Origin: a virus
Taxonomy: Duplodnaviria; Caudoviricetes
Reading direction: 5' to 3' (one strand)
DNA length: 64,000 nt
IMG/VR virus record: IMGVR_UViG_3300032167_000006
In this document: positions 39,824-51,456 of the stretch, in pieces
Layout of the letters: each line of letters starts with the position of its first letter
How positions within the stretch are numbered: the stretch's first letter is position 1
Notes under the pieces: generated by a model
The model's input: the letters and a program-made list of their open reading frames with translations, nothing else
Databases searched by the model: none
Told to the model about the DNA's origin: nothing
Translations under genes and position numbers: made by a program

Positions 39824-40765
39824 ATGGCAAAAACATACTCTCAAACATACTTATTTGGTCAGTATGGAGAATACGAAAAGAAAATATATGAATTTATTAT
39901 CAATGCGGAACGCATTGATACTAAGAGTGCAGAATTTGATGATATACTTTATGATATTAAACGTAGAAAAATAAGCGACCATTTGGCAAAAATTATAACA
40001 TCTGATAATGTTGTGGTTGCTATAAATCCTACAGGTAGAGCATTGCCTAAAGCATTTAAAGCTTTTGTTGCTGCCGATGTTAAAGATGGTAATAAAGTCA
40101 AAGTATTTATTGATGTTACAGAATGTGTAGTTTATAAAGATGGCGTTTATGTATGTAATAAATTAGATTGGCTTGTAAGTTATGTTATTAATGCTATGAC
40201 AGCGTATATATACGTCAAGGCTGAAAATAAATTATTAGGTAACGCATCAGTTCTTAAAGATGGATGTGATGCATGGGTATCATGCTTCTCTTATATTATA
40301 GATAGAATGTATAAGATTAGCACAGTACCTCAGATTAAGCGTAGAGTTAATTACTTATCTGCTATATATTATCAAACTAATATAATGTGTAAAGATCTTA
40401 AAAAGTTTGAGGATTCTATCAAGGCTAATGCAATTAGAGTTTCAGGTATTGATTCTAAAGATGCTAGAGTTATGGATATGATGATAGAAGAAAAAGACTT
40501 TACAAATATTGATACATTTGTGAAAGCATTAGGTAGAGTAATTAATCTTAAAGATATTAAAACAAGTAATATTGTTTCATACTGGATGAATGCATTTGGA
40601 CCTGGAACAGTATTTGCTTTAGAATATTTCCCTGCATTTTCTATGATGATGACAAATACATATGTTGGAGCATATATTGACCAGCAGATGACAATAGAAA
40701 AAGTAGCAGGGCAATCAATGATTAGATTTTCAAAAACAATTCTTCAGATAGGAGCTAGTGTATAA
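39824..40765 (+). CDS. Hypothetical protein, probably virion-associated
   Basis: 313 aa, late-type promoter, coupled to the large gene downstream. Confidence 0.75.
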   Translation: MAKTYSQTYLFGQYGEYEKKIYEFIINAERIDTKSAEFDDILYDIKRRKISDHLAKIITSDNVVVAINPTGRALPKAFKAFVAADVKDGNKVKVFIDVTECVVYKDGVYVCNKLDWLVSYVINAMTAYIYVKAENKLLGNASVLKDGCDAWVSCFSYIIDRMYKISTVPQIKRRVNYLSAIYYQTNIMCKDLKKFEDSIKANAIRVSGIDSKDARVMDMMIEEKDFTNIDTFVKALGRVINLKDIKTSNIVSYWMNAFGPGTVFALEYFPAFSMMMTNTYVGAYIDQQMTIEKVAGQSMIRFSKTILQIGASV

Positions 40766-43700
40766 TGGATAAATTGAGCGAAAAAATTATAAGTACGCTC
40801 AAGAGTAATACATATAACTCTGTTTATCAAAATACATTAGCAAAGCTACCTATTGTTATTACTGAAGAGGGTACTTATATTAATAAAATTGAGATTGATG
40901 GAGATTTATATTTTGCTGTAACTTCAGAAGATGGTTCAATAAAGGAAACTTATTCAAGCAATGAAATACAAGTTGATGTTAAAGATACAGTATTTACGGA
41001 TTATAATCCTGATAATGTAGTTGCTTTAAATAAAATCAATATTGAAAAAGAACTTATCAGAAAATGTAGATTGGTTAATGTTGAAAAGTTCCATTATGAT
41101 GATACTTGGTATAGCCATAGATGCTCTGTAGATAATAGAATAGAAAATTTTGGCATACTCCAAGTTGGTAATCTACCATTTAGATCTTTAGATAAATTGG
41201 TTAATAAAAAATCATTTATTTGTAGAATGGATCAACTTATATTTACTGGTATAATGCAACCATTTATGTTATTTATTAATCGTAAATTTGTAAATTGGAA
41301 TAATATTGATATAGTATTTGATTGTGATGAATCTTATTTACTTATTCATGAGGATAAGTATGAATATAAGGATGAAGATGGTAATAAAAAGACTAAATAT
41401 ATATATAATTATTATGATCTTAAAGATGCTAATGATATGTATATGATTATTTTACCATATAGTGTAGAATTTGTTGGAACAGAGTCTGATGAAATATGGG
41501 ACAAAAACTATGAAATGCTTTGTAGTTTCTTACAAGATTCTCTTCATCTTAATAATGATAATAAAATTGAAATTGAAGTACCTACAATGTATTCTATATA
41601 TAAAAATCGTGGAATGGTTTATAATGTAGGTGCTTGGTTGTTTTCTCAACTTCATATGAATTATCTTGATTCATTATCAGAAATAAGAATTAAAAAGCTT
41701 AAAAATATAAATCTTGAAAGAAAGATATATGATGATAATGGAAATTTATTAGAAATTTATCGTACTAGATTTAATGCTATGGATAAAGATAGTTATGATA
41801 TGGAAACTTATAATAAGATTTGTTATGGGGATAAATATCGTATTATTAATCATCCTACATTTAAATTTAATGATGATGGTATACTTGATTATGAAAACGG
41901 TACTAATATTTTAACAATATTAGATGAAAGTCTTAAAATTAAAAGAATTGTAAGAAAAGATAAAAAGATCATAATAAATCAGTCATCAGACAATGAGACT
42001 TTATTTAAAGAAAGTTTTATTGTATTTAAAAATGGAAAGTATTATCAAGAATGTGAATTTGATTATTATGATTCTAATATATTTACGATAAATAATGAAA
42101 ACGAAGATACTTTAGATATAATTTCATTTATTCCTGATGATATTGAATATATAAGTAATCATAAAAATCATTTTATAAATAAAGATTTCTACGCTAATAA
42201 GATTTTAGATTATATACATGATAAATTTATTGAGCCAAAGACAGATGATGAAAGTAAGAAACGTATTAATGATATGGAAGAACTACTTAAAATATCATCA
42301 AATAATCTTAATTATTTATTCTTAGATTCGTATAAATATGAAGAAAATTTAAATAGTGGATTTAATTCAATAATGAATTATGATCCATTGTTGCTTAATG
42401 ATTCAATAAAAACAAGTATTAGATCTAAGTCTATTCGTGGTTCTGAGGCTAATAAATATATTATTAAAGAAGCTCTTAAAGATTATGATAAAGACGGTAA
42501 ATTATATAAACGAGATGCTTTAAAAATTACAAGATGCAAGTATACTGATCATGAATCATATGTACTTATATTTCTTAATGGTGAACTTATAGAAAATTAT
42601 AGCGAAATGTATGTAACATCAAACTATTTTCTTTTACCATTAGATGAAGAGTTTAACAGTGATGATATTATTGAATTGCTCTATTTTACAGATTGTGACA
42701 ATAATGAAATTCATTTTAATATTACTGATAATATGATTGCAAAATTAGAAGAATCTGATGATACTAAATTTGTAAAAACAGATTTGTTCAAAGAATATAT
42801 CAAATCAGAAGATATAAAAATATTTGCAGATTATCCTAATAACTTAATTTATAAAGATCTTATAGAAAAAAATAATGATATTGCGTTTAATATTTCTTAT
42901 AGAAATACTAATAAAGATTTATTAGTATTTAAAGATGAAATTGAAAATAAGAATAATAATCTTACAGCAGTATCATCTCGTAAATTTATTTATGAAAGAC
43001 TCTATGTAGATCAAAAAGCATATAGAATTAAATTAGGAGAAAGATTTAGATATTGTGATAACCAAAAACAGTACATGCTATTTATTAATGGTCGTCGTAT
43101 GGAAGATGATACATTTTTAATCACAATTCCTAAATACACTAGACCTTTCTGGGGTATGTTTTTATATACTGCAAAATTTGTAGAACCTGGTGATAGAATA
43201 GAAATATTCTATGTGCCCGAGGAATTAAATAATATAAATACTGAAGAGGTTGCACCTTCTACATTTAATATAGATGGTTATATTGAAACTGAGAAGGAGA
43301 ATCTTAAAGTTCCATATACGGGTGATTTTTATCTTTATTTTGTTAATGGTAAAAAAATTCCTAATGATGATATAATACCAGTAGATTCTCATACAGTGAA
43401 ATTAAAATCTAATCCAGGTTCTCTTTTAAAATTAAATATAAATCCAGTATATAGAGATATCAATAATAATATCGCAAAATATATGCAAAGTAGTTCAATA
43501 TCTAAATATGACAAATTTATTGATATTATTAAAGAAAAATTTACTTATTATTGGTTGGATAGATTGTTTGATGCTCAAATTAAAATATCACAAAATCCAA
43601 CTGAAGAAGAAGTAAATAAACTTAAAACTAATGTAGGTACTATTGCGCTTGTTAATGAAATTGTAAGAGATTTCTGGGTCACAGGCGGAGTTGAATACAA

Positions 43701-45111
43701 TAAAATAGATGATAGCGGTAATGGATTTGTTATATATGATAAAGAGCATGATGATTCATTTATTTATGATTATAATTTAGATGAGTATATTAAAACTGAT
43801 AATAACGGTAATATACTTTTACCTTCATTAGATGCTCCATTAGTTATAAATATTAAGAAAAATGATATTATTCTTGAATATATTGATACGTATAAGTATA
43901 TGACAAATGAAGCTTATGGTATTAATATATTCGAGATAGGACGTGTTTTGGAAGGTATTAGATTTAAATGGAATTTTTCAGATCATATTGATGGCACTAT
44001 TGGTGTAATAGAGCAATATGTAAATGATGAAAAAATAGATACAGAATCTAGAGTATATGATTATCCTGAAGATATTAAATCTAATATAAGTTTTAAATTC
44101 AAATTTAATACATTGCAATCTACTATAGAAAAGCAAGTAGATATTAAATTCTGTAATGGTATATATTATGGTATTATTGATGAGGATGAACTTCAGTATT
44201 ATAGAAGAAAAAATATGCTTTCTCTAAATAATGCAATAGGAGTTGTACCAAAAAATAAAGAAATTCCATCAACTGCAGAGCTGGAAACAATTGAAGAACC
44301 TATAAGTATTCTTAAGATAAATAATGAGATTGTTGATGATATACGTATAATTAATTATAATATGGATATTATATATAACTATATAGCTTATTATATTAAA
44401 GAAGATGGTTCTTATGATTTTGAGAATCCAATAACCGATATTTATGCTATAAAAAATGAATATGCTTCAGGTAATATTGTTATATTTGATAGTGAAGGTA
44501 ATCTTGTAAAACCAGAAGCAGTAATTATTGAAACTATAGAACCGTCTATTTATATATCAGAAGATAAATTACCAGAGATTATGTCTAAATTTGTAGGTAA
44601 TAAAACTGATGGATACCATAGCGAAGTATTACTTCAAGATACAGCAGCTATAGACGATAATTACGTTATCGGAAATAATAATTATTTTATTTATGCATGT
44701 CCTAAGAGATTGGCATTTGATAATATCGGTAATATGCTAATAAGTTTCAATATGCCAGATATTACTGAAGATTTGATAAAAGATAATCTTGATGAGCATA
44801 CTACTCCAGTATATACAAATGGCGATTTTGATGATCAAAATTTACTTATAAAACTTGATGAGTACAAAATGGAATATATGGGAGAATTTGAATATACTAA
44901 TAGCTCTAATTATACTGAAACGTATGTTATGTGGAAATCTAATGGCTTCTTCACACGTGGGTATGAAGATCAAGAATTCAATATATCAGTCACAACAGAT
45001 TATGATAATTCAAAAACTTCTAATAATCAAGTTAGATTAGTAAATACAGCATCTCTAGATGGCGCAAGCATAAATGATGATGTTGTATTCATTGATACAT
45101 TCTTATTATAA
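40765..45111 (+). CDS. Large putative virion structural protein
   Basis: 1448 aa with repeated beta modules LFINRK/VFKNGK/IFLNGE/LFINGR/YFVNGK. Confidence 0.7.
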   Translation: MDKLSEKIISTLKSNTYNSVYQNTLAKLPIVITEEGTYINKIEIDGDLYFAVTSEDGSIKETYSSNEIQVDVKDTVFTDYNPDNVVALNKINIEKELIRKCRLVNVEKFHYDDTWYSHRCSVDNRIENFGILQVGNLPFRSLDKLVNKKSFICRMDQLIFTGIMQPFMLFINRKFVNWNNIDIVFDCDESYLLIHEDKYEYKDEDGNKKTKYIYNYYDLKDANDMYMIILPYSVEFVGTESDEIWDKNYEMLCSFLQDSLHLNNDNKIEIEVPTMYSIYKNRGMVYNVGAWLFSQLHMNYLDSLSEIRIKKLKNINLERKIYDDNGNLLEIYRTRFNAMDKDSYDMETYNKICYGDKYRIINHPTFKFNDDGILDYENGTNILTILDESLKIKRIVRKDKKIIINQSSDNETLFKESFIVFKNGKYYQECEFDYYDSNIFTINNENEDTLDIISFIPDDIEYISNHKNHFINKDFYANKILDYIHDKFIEPKTDDESKKRINDMEELLKISSNNLNYLFLDSYKYEENLNSGFNSIMNYDPLLLNDSIKTSIRSKSIRGSEANKYIIKEALKDYDKDGKLYKRDALKITRCKYTDHESYVLIFLNGELIENYSEMYVTSNYFLLPLDEEFNSDDIIELLYFTDCDNNEIHFNITDNMIAKLEESDDTKFVKTDLFKEYIKSEDIKIFADYPNNLIYKDLIEKNNDIAFNISYRNTNKDLLVFKDEIENKNNNLTAVSSRKFIYERLYVDQKAYRIKLGERFRYCDNQKQYMLFINGRRMEDDTFLITIPKYTRPFWGMFLYTAKFVEPGDRIEIFYVPEELNNINTEEVAPSTFNIDGYIETEKENLKVPYTGDFYLYFVNGKKIPNDDIIPVDSHTVKLKSNPGSLLKLNINPVYRDINNNIAKYMQSSSISKYDKFIDIIKEKFTYYWLDRLFDAQIKISQNPTEEEVNKLKTNVGTIALVNEIVRDFWVTGGVEYNKIDDSGNGFVIYDKEHDDSFIYDYNLDEYIKTDNNGNILLPSLDAPLVINIKKNDIILEYIDTYKYMTNEAYGINIFEIGRVLEGIRFKWNFSDHIDGTIGVIEQYVNDEKIDTESRVYDYPEDIKSNISFKFKFNTLQSTIEKQVDIKFCNGIYYGIIDEDELQYYRRKNMLSLNNAIGVVPKNKEIPSTAELETIEEPISILKINNEIVDDIRIINYNMDIIYNYIAYYIKEDGSYDFENPITDIYAIKNEYASGNIVIFDSEGNLVKPEAVIIETIEPSIYISEDKLPEIMSKFVGNKTDGYHSEVLLQDTAAIDDNYVIGNNNYFIYACPKRLAFDNIGNMLISFNMPDITEDLIKDNLDEHTTPVYTNGDFDDQNLLIKLDEYKMEYMGEFEYTNSSNYTETYVMWKSNGFFTRGYEDQEFNISVTTDYDNSKTSNNQVRLVNTASLDGASINDDVVFIDTFLL

Positions 45112-45135
45112 AATAAAAAATAAAAAGAAATATAT

Positions 45136-45161
45136 AACCCTAGGGAGTAATCCCTAGGGTT
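45136..45161. terminator. Bidirectional terminator
   Basis: AACCCTAGGG-AGTAAT-CCCTAGGGTT between convergent genes. Confidence 0.8.
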
Positions 45162-45167
45162 GTTATT

Positions 45168-45893
45168 TTATTCTTCTATTTCTTTCATTAATTTTTCAGC
45201 ATTCTTTTTTAATATATCTTCACCATATACTTTTATATAATCAAATTCGCTATATCGTATACTTTCTTCTTTTTCTGGTAGGCTTATAGCCCAATTATAG
45301 ATATCTTCAAGTCTTTTTTGTTGATTCCAATTATTGTATATCCATTCTATGAATTTATCTTCATCGTCTATACAACTAATATCTTCAGGAATATTATCTA
45401 TAATATTATCGTAAATTTGAAATATTTCATTTTGTATACTTCTATTATCTATTGACCAAGTGTCTGGCAATGGATGTTCTTTTAATATATTAAAATCGTT
45501 CCATAAATAAAAGTAAATATATGGATAAGAAAATATTTCTAATGTAGTTTCATATGTATCTTTTTCTATATGACCTTCACATGAGAATGCAGTATAATAA
45601 CCTTTAGAATTAAGTACTTCTACTATTTGGGCTATATTGATATCTAAAGGTATTTGCAATGAATGTTTACCACATCTTTTACAAGCTCCATGATATGATA
45701 CACTAGTAGAAAAATAATCTAACTTGTCTAAAATATCTTCAGTTGTATTATCATGCGCTACTGAGATTCTTATTACATTTAAACATTCTGGACACATTAA
45801 AGCGATAGTGCCATTTTCAGCAAATGACTTATCGTTATTGTATTCCCATACACCTCTTTGTGATGATTCATAGTATTTAAATTCATTATTCAT
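45168..45893 (-). CDS. Hypothetical Cys/His metal-binding protein
   Basis: CPEC, CKRC, LNSKGYYTAFSCEGH. Confidence 0.75.
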   Translation of the reverse strand: MNNEFKYYESSQRGVWEYNNDKSFAENGTIALMCPECLNVIRISVAHDNTTEDILDKLDYFSTSVSYHGACKRCGKHSLQIPLDINIAQIVEVLNSKGYYTAFSCEGHIEKDTYETTLEIFSYPYIYFYLWNDFNILKEHPLPDTWSIDNRSIQNEIFQIYDNIIDNIPEDISCIDDEDKFIEWIYNNWNQQKRLEDIYNWAISLPEKEESIRYSEFDYIKVYGEDILKKNAEKLMKEIEE

Positions 45894-46293
45894 TATCAGA
45901 TTCCTCTTCTTCTAAATTTTGAGTGATTATATCATTAAGTAAATCATCCACTTCTTCATATCTCATATATATTTCATTACCTACATCATGAAGATTTGAT
46001 ATATGTAAAAGCAATGGAATCATATCAAAATATTTTTGTGCTGCTTTGATTTCTTTCTTACTGCCATAATTATTAACTATCATTTTAAGTGTTTCAAGAT
46101 AGCTAATTAAATTATTAGAAGATTTTATCATATCTTCTCTATCAATCTTAAGATTAATTTTAATACCACATATTGAACAAGTACCATCATATTCACTGTA
46201 TTCATAATGTGTACATTTATTACGTTCAATATCAACATTGCTTGGTTTAAGTTTTTTAACATTGTACTTGATTTGATTAAATATTTTTCTCAT
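45886..46293 (-). CDS. Zn-binding protein, paralog of the 27346-28281 core
   Basis: CTH..CSICG..YFDMIPLL..LH. Confidence 0.75.
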   Translation of the reverse strand: MRKIFNQIKYNVKKLKPSNVDIERNKCTHYEYSEYDGTCSICGIKINLKIDREDMIKSSNNLISYLETLKMIVNNYGSKKEIKAAQKYFDMIPLLLHISNLHDVGNEIYMRYEEVDDLLNDIITQNLEEEESDNE

Positions 46294-46426
46294 AATTTTA
46301 TCTCCTTTAGTTTTTATTACATTATTATATTATATTATTTAAATAAAATTTGAATGTTGTTACCCGTAGGGCGTTAACCCTACGGGCTTTATCAAGGAGG
46401 TGTAAAAATAGCTAACAAGTTATATT

Positions 46427-47023
46427 TTACTTTGTTGGAAAATAACCTATAATTTTTAAATAATTTCTAACTGAATTAGCGCATCTTCCGGTCTCTTTTG
46501 CTATCTTTGGAACTGTATATCCAAGCTCCCATAGCTCTATAAAATGCTCTATTTCAGTTTTAGTTATTCGATGTTTAATTTTTCTTTTAGTTTTAGTATG
46601 TTGCAAACGGAACCTAACATTGTTTGATTTAACATTTAACTCTTTAGCAATAGTAGCAATACTTTTATCACGAGTATCCATTTCATTCATTTCTATAACT
46701 TGCTCGTCAGTAAATTTATTTGAATAGCATGTACATTTTGCCGAAGATTTAATACGTTCTCTAATACATGCTCTGCTTCTATGCATTATTTTACTAATAA
46801 GACTTATAGAATATCCTTTACTACGCAATTCAAGAATTTCTTCTCTTTCTTTAATAGTAGTGAATTTGCGTCCTTTTGTTATAGAATTATAAACCTCAAT
46901 AGGATCTACATCCAATTTTTCAGATATTTCCATTACAGAATATCCAACAGCATACAATTCTTTAGCCATCCGTTTATTGCAATTTTCTATTGCTCTATCG
47001 TATTTTTTTAATAGCTCCGTCAT
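46427..47023 (-). CDS. Multi-HTH DNA-binding protein
   Basis: Four tandem GYS..EI/IAK HTH units. Confidence 0.8.
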   Translation of the reverse strand: MTELLKKYDRAIENCNKRMAKELYAVGYSVMEISEKLDVDPIEVYNSITKGRKFTTIKEREEILELRSKGYSISLISKIMHRSRACIRERIKSSAKCTCYSNKFTDEQVIEMNEMDTRDKSIATIAKELNVKSNNVRFRLQHTKTKRKIKHRITKTEIEHFIELWELGYTVPKIAKETGRCANSVRNYLKIIGYFPTK

Positions 47024-47093
47024 TTTAATTCTCCTCCATTTTAATAAATAAAATTATGACTTTATTAAAATGTCAGATATAAAAATGGTATTT

Positions 47094-47774
47094 TTAGATA
47101 CTTTTAATCCAATTATAGATAATCATTACATTATCTTTAAATGAATCTTCTTTATTAATCTTTGCAAGCACGTCATAACCAGATGCTGCAAAATCAGCTT
47201 TAGTGATAAGTGCTTTAAGTGATGTTGAAATAACACCCTTAGGTCTACCAAATAAGCTAGAAAGATCATTAATAAGAGTATCATAGCTCTCATGCTTTTC
47301 AACTAATGTAGGAATTACAGTAATGCAGTTGTATCCAAGACTATCAGCACTAATACCCCAAAGATCAAGTTCGCTTTCTACAAAAGAGCATCCATCATCT
47401 ATATAACAATCCTCTTCAGTGTCACCCTCATTACAATCTTCTACTACTTCTTCTTCAATAGGTAGCTCTTCATTAACAGCCTCTTCTTCTAAAAGAAGAT
47501 GATTATCATCTGTGCCATTTAAAGTAGAATCTGTTTCCTCTTCATCCTTACAAGTGCATTCACACTCTCCATTACAACAGCAACACTCTTCTTTGGATTC
47601 CTCTACAATGGTATCTACTTCATCAAGTGTTACTACATTAGGATCTTCTTTTACAGTATTTTCTGTATGATCCTGCTTACAGAAAATAGATTTGAAAATT
47701 TCGATTAATTTCTTAATCATTGGAAATCCCTCCATAAAATAAAATAAATTATTTCTAAGAATGCTTGACCACAT
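47094..47774 (-). CDS. Acidic, Cys-cluster protein
   Basis: ECCCCNGECECTCKDE in a D/E-rich region; probable start MIKKL. Confidence 0.75.
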   Translation of the reverse strand: MWSSILRNNLFYFMEGFPMIKKLIEIFKSIFCKQDHTENTVKEDPNVVTLDEVDTIVEESKEECCCCNGECECTCKDEEETDSTLNGTDDNHLLLEEEAVNEELPIEEEVVEDCNEGDTEEDCYIDDGCSFVESELDLWGISADSLGYNCITVIPTLVEKHESYDTLINDLSSLFGRPKGVISTSLKALITKADFAASGYDVLAKINKEDSFKDNVMIIYNWIKSI

Positions 47775-47820
47775 TCTCTAAATTTAATAATTTGTTTGTT
47801 TAGTAGTATTTTTATAATAA

Positions 47821-49044
47821 TTATTTTAATGAAAATACTTCATATGGATCAATAGAAATCATTTCTAGTGTAGAGTCATGGAATGCTTTCATGGCACGAT
47901 TCTTAACGCTACTCATCATAACCATACTTGTTAATCCAGCATTTTCAATACCAGCACGTCTAAATAAAGTACCAGCACAAGCTTCGCATATACATCCATC
48001 TTTAGTTCTTTTACATAAAGAAGAAAATCTCATATTTACAGTTTTACCTATGAGAGATGCCATATTTTCAGAAGTAATTTCTTCAATACTACCATTTGAT
48101 TTAATGTAGTATGAATACATCCAGTTTTTAATATTTTTCTTATTTAATGTAACTTTAATTGTTCTATTAGTACCACAATCTGTATTAGGTATTACTTTAA
48201 TATGCTGAGTTGCACGAGTGAATAATTTCTCATCATAACCACCATATCTTGTTTTCTGTGATCTAGAATATGGACCACCTACAGCGGCATCATTTGTCTT
48301 AGCAAAATCTTTAGGTTTTAAACCAGAAATGTAAGATGATCCAACGTAATCATATGAACCATCGGTTTTTCTAATTGAACCCTTAACAAGATACATATTC
48401 TTAAAGTTATTACCCCATGAAGAACGAGCACCGGAATTATACATATCTACAGATTCTGAATCTTTTAATTCATCTTTAGCAAAACTAATTAATTCTTTTT
48501 CTATATTTTTTATTGCTGTAAGATCTTTATTTTCAATACCTTCTTTATATTGTTTTTCTAACTCTTTCTTTTTCTGCTCTGCTTTATTTGTAAATAATAA
48601 CATATCCATTGTATGTGATGGGCATATAGCAGAAGCGCAGCCCATTAATATTTGAGATTGTACTATAAATTCTTTTAATTGATCTACTGTAATCTTTTCT
48701 TCTAAAAGAGCATAAGAAAGTTTAGAATTTATATCACCATAAACGTCATCTGTTATTGGTTCATTTACATATCCGATTATATTTGAAAATGGTTCTATAA
48801 ATGCTTTATTAAATACCCAAAGACCAATTGTGGTTTTAAATGAATTTTTATTCTTTTTAGAAGAACCATAATAACCCTTAGGGATATCTATGGTATCATA
48901 AGTATTAAATCTTGGACCATCGCCATAATCAGCAAACCAATCCATTATAAGAGATTTTTCACATGCTTTTTCATGAGTTAATTCCAGTATCTCTTTTACG
49001 TCATCTGGCTTTTGTATTTGTTTGCTAGAACGTTTTGTTGCCAT
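47821..49044 (-). CDS. RNAP beta' C-terminal part (probably virion RNAP)
   Basis: SGARSS, bridge helix KTRYGGY..K, DCGT, C..CICEAC Zn site, trigger-loop AMKAFH; GACA-TTCTAG-TA at 49084-49095. Confidence 0.88.
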   Translation of the reverse strand: MATKRSSKQIQKPDDVKEILELTHEKACEKSLIMDWFADYGDGPRFNTYDTIDIPKGYYGSSKKNKNSFKTTIGLWVFNKAFIEPFSNIIGYVNEPITDDVYGDINSKLSYALLEEKITVDQLKEFIVQSQILMGCASAICPSHTMDMLLFTNKAEQKKKELEKQYKEGIENKDLTAIKNIEKELISFAKDELKDSESVDMYNSGARSSWGNNFKNMYLVKGSIRKTDGSYDYVGSSYISGLKPKDFAKTNDAAVGGPYSRSQKTRYGGYDEKLFTRATQHIKVIPNTDCGTNRTIKVTLNKKNIKNWMYSYYIKSNGSIEEITSENMASLIGKTVNMRFSSLCKRTKDGCICEACAGTLFRRAGIENAGLTSMVMMSSVKNRAMKAFHDSTLEMISIDPYEVFSLK

Positions 49045-49257
49045 ATATATTACCTCCTATGAATCTTAATTTCATAATAATTTTACTAGAATGTCGCATG
49101 ATTTTAAATATAGAAATTGCTTAAGTTTACGTCTTTATTTATCTCTTTACATAATTATACTAATTTATATAAGCGATAAATTTATATAAACTACTTTGGG
49201 TTTCAATTAATTTTATAGCTCTACAATTTAGTAAATTTCAAAAGAAAATATTTTAAA

Positions 49258-51456
49258 ATGGAGGACGCATCAATGAATAATATTACTATTATTAAAAAAG
49301 ATGGAACAAAACAACCATTCAATATAGATAAGGTTATTAAAGCTGTATCTAAATCTGCTGAAAGAGTAATGCATTCTTTTACTGAAGAAGAAATTGAAAA
49401 GCTTAAAAAGATTGTTATAGCTAAAGCTAAAGAAAAAGCAATATTGTTTGATAACGAAATTAATATTGCATCTATGCATTCTATAGCAGAATATGCTTTA
49501 GACCAAATCAATCCAGATATTGCAAGAAGCTATAGAGAATATAGAAATTATAAAGTAGACTTCTGTGAAATATTGGATTCTGTATATAGAAAATCACAAA
49601 GCATTCGTTATATAGGAGATGTATCTAATGCTAACACAGATTCTAGCATGGCATCAACTCAAAGATCACTTGTATATGGTCAGCTTAATAAGAAATTATA
49701 TAAGAAATTCTTTCTTACTGTTGATGAAGTACAAGCTGCTAATGATGGATACATTTATATACATGATATGAAAGATAGATTAGATTCTATCAACTGCTGT
49801 CTTTGTGATATTGGTAATGTGCTTCGTGGTGGATTTGAAATGGGTAATGTATGGTATACAGAGCCTAAATCTCTTGATGTTGCATTCGACGTTATTTCAG
49901 ATGTAACTATGTCAGCGGCTGCACAGCAGTATGGTGGATTTACAATACCTAGAGTAGATACAATTCTTGCGTATTATGCGGAAAAATCTTATGAATTATA
50001 TTGTAAAGAATATCTCAAGATATTAATTGATCTTGGATTATACGAAGGAAATGGGGCAGAATTATCACATCATTTAGAAAAGAAAATGGATAAATATGCC
50101 ACTAGAAAAGTATATAGAGATTTTGAACAAGGTTTCCAATCTTGGGAAATGGCATTTAATACTGTAGGTTCATCTCGTGGAGATTATCCTTTTATTACTA
50201 TTAGCTTTGGCGTTGATACATCTCGTTGGGGAGTTATGGCGTCAGTAGCTGCTTTAAGAGTTCGTAAAGGCGGTCAGGGAAGAAAAGGTAGAAAGAAAGC
50301 TGTATTATTCCCTAAACTTACATTCTTATATGATGAGAATCTTCATGGTAAAGGAAAAGAATATGAGTTCATGTTTGATGAAGCAATAGAATGCTCAAAG
50401 AAAGCAATGTATCCTGATTACTTATCGCTCACAGGTGAGGGTTATATTCCTTCTATTTATAAAAAATATGGACAAGTTATATCTCTTATGGGATGTCGTG
50501 CATCTTTATCTCCTTGGTATGCTAAAGGTGGTATGAAACCTGCTGATGAGAATGATAAGCCTATATTTGAAGGAAGATGCAATCTTGGTGCTATCTCGCT
50601 TCACTTAAGTATGATATTAGCAAAATCAAGAGAAGAGAATAAAGATTTCTATGAAGTGCTTGATTATTATCTCGAACTTATTAGAAATTTACATAAAAGA
50701 ACTTTTACTTATTTATCAGAAAAGAAAGCTAGTACAAACCCAATTCAGTTTATGCAGGGTGGTTTGTTAAATGGTTATCTTAAAGCAAATGAAAAAATTG
50801 GTGAATTATTAAGACCAATGACAATGAGTTTTGGTATTACTGGTTTAAATGAATTACAAGTTCTTTATAATGGTAAATCTATCTGTGAGGATGGACAGTT
50901 TGCTTTAGAAGTAATGCAGTATATTAATGATAAGGTTGCTGCTTTTAAAGAAGAAGATAATATACTTTATGCTATTTATGGAACCCCTGCGGAATCACTT
51001 TGTGGTCTTCAGATTGAACAATTTAGAAATAAATATGGTATAATCGAGGGTGTTTCTAGTAGAGAATATGTATCTAATTCATTCCATTGTGGTGTATGGG
51101 AAAATATCACACCTATCGAGAAACAAGATTATGAAGAAAGATTTTATAATTTGTTTAACGGTGGTAAAATTCAGTATTGTAGATATCCTATTAACTATAA
51201 CACAGAAGCTATGAAAATCTTAGTTCGTAGAGGTATGGATAAAGGATTCTATGAGGGTGTAAATGAACAGTTATCTTATTGCGATGATTGTGGTCATGAA
51301 GAGCTTAATATGACTGAAGAATGCACTTGCTGTGGTTCAGAAAATCTTACAATTGAAGATAGAATGAACGGATATTTGGGATATACCAAAGTAAATGGAA
51401 AATCAAGATATAATAAAGCTAAACTCATTGAAATCAAGGAAAGAGTTAGCATGTAA
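49258..51456 (+). CDS. nrdD: Anaerobic ribonucleoside-triphosphate reductase
   Basis: ATP cone, IYIHD, MGCR, TPAESL, CxxC...CxCC, RMNGY glycyl site. Confidence 0.96.
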   Translation: MEDASMNNITIIKKDGTKQPFNIDKVIKAVSKSAERVMHSFTEEEIEKLKKIVIAKAKEKAILFDNEINIASMHSIAEYALDQINPDIARSYREYRNYKVDFCEILDSVYRKSQSIRYIGDVSNANTDSSMASTQRSLVYGQLNKKLYKKFFLTVDEVQAANDGYIYIHDMKDRLDSINCCLCDIGNVLRGGFEMGNVWYTEPKSLDVAFDVISDVTMSAAAQQYGGFTIPRVDTILAYYAEKSYELYCKEYLKILIDLGLYEGNGAELSHHLEKKMDKYATRKVYRDFEQGFQSWEMAFNTVGSSRGDYPFITISFGVDTSRWGVMASVAALRVRKGGQGRKGRKKAVLFPKLTFLYDENLHGKGKEYEFMFDEAIECSKKAMYPDYLSLTGEGYIPSIYKKYGQVISLMGCRASLSPWYAKGGMKPADENDKPIFEGRCNLGAISLHLSMILAKSREENKDFYEVLDYYLELIRNLHKRTFTYLSEKKASTNPIQFMQGGLLNGYLKANEKIGELLRPMTMSFGITGLNELQVLYNGKSICEDGQFALEVMQYINDKVAAFKEEDNILYAIYGTPAESLCGLQIEQFRNKYGIIEGVSSREYVSNSFHCGVWENITPIEKQDYEERFYNLFNGGKIQYCRYPINYNTEAMKILVRRGMDKGFYEGVNEQLSYCDDCGHEELNMTEECTCCGSENLTIEDRMNGYLGYTKVNGKSRYNKAKLIEIKERVSM

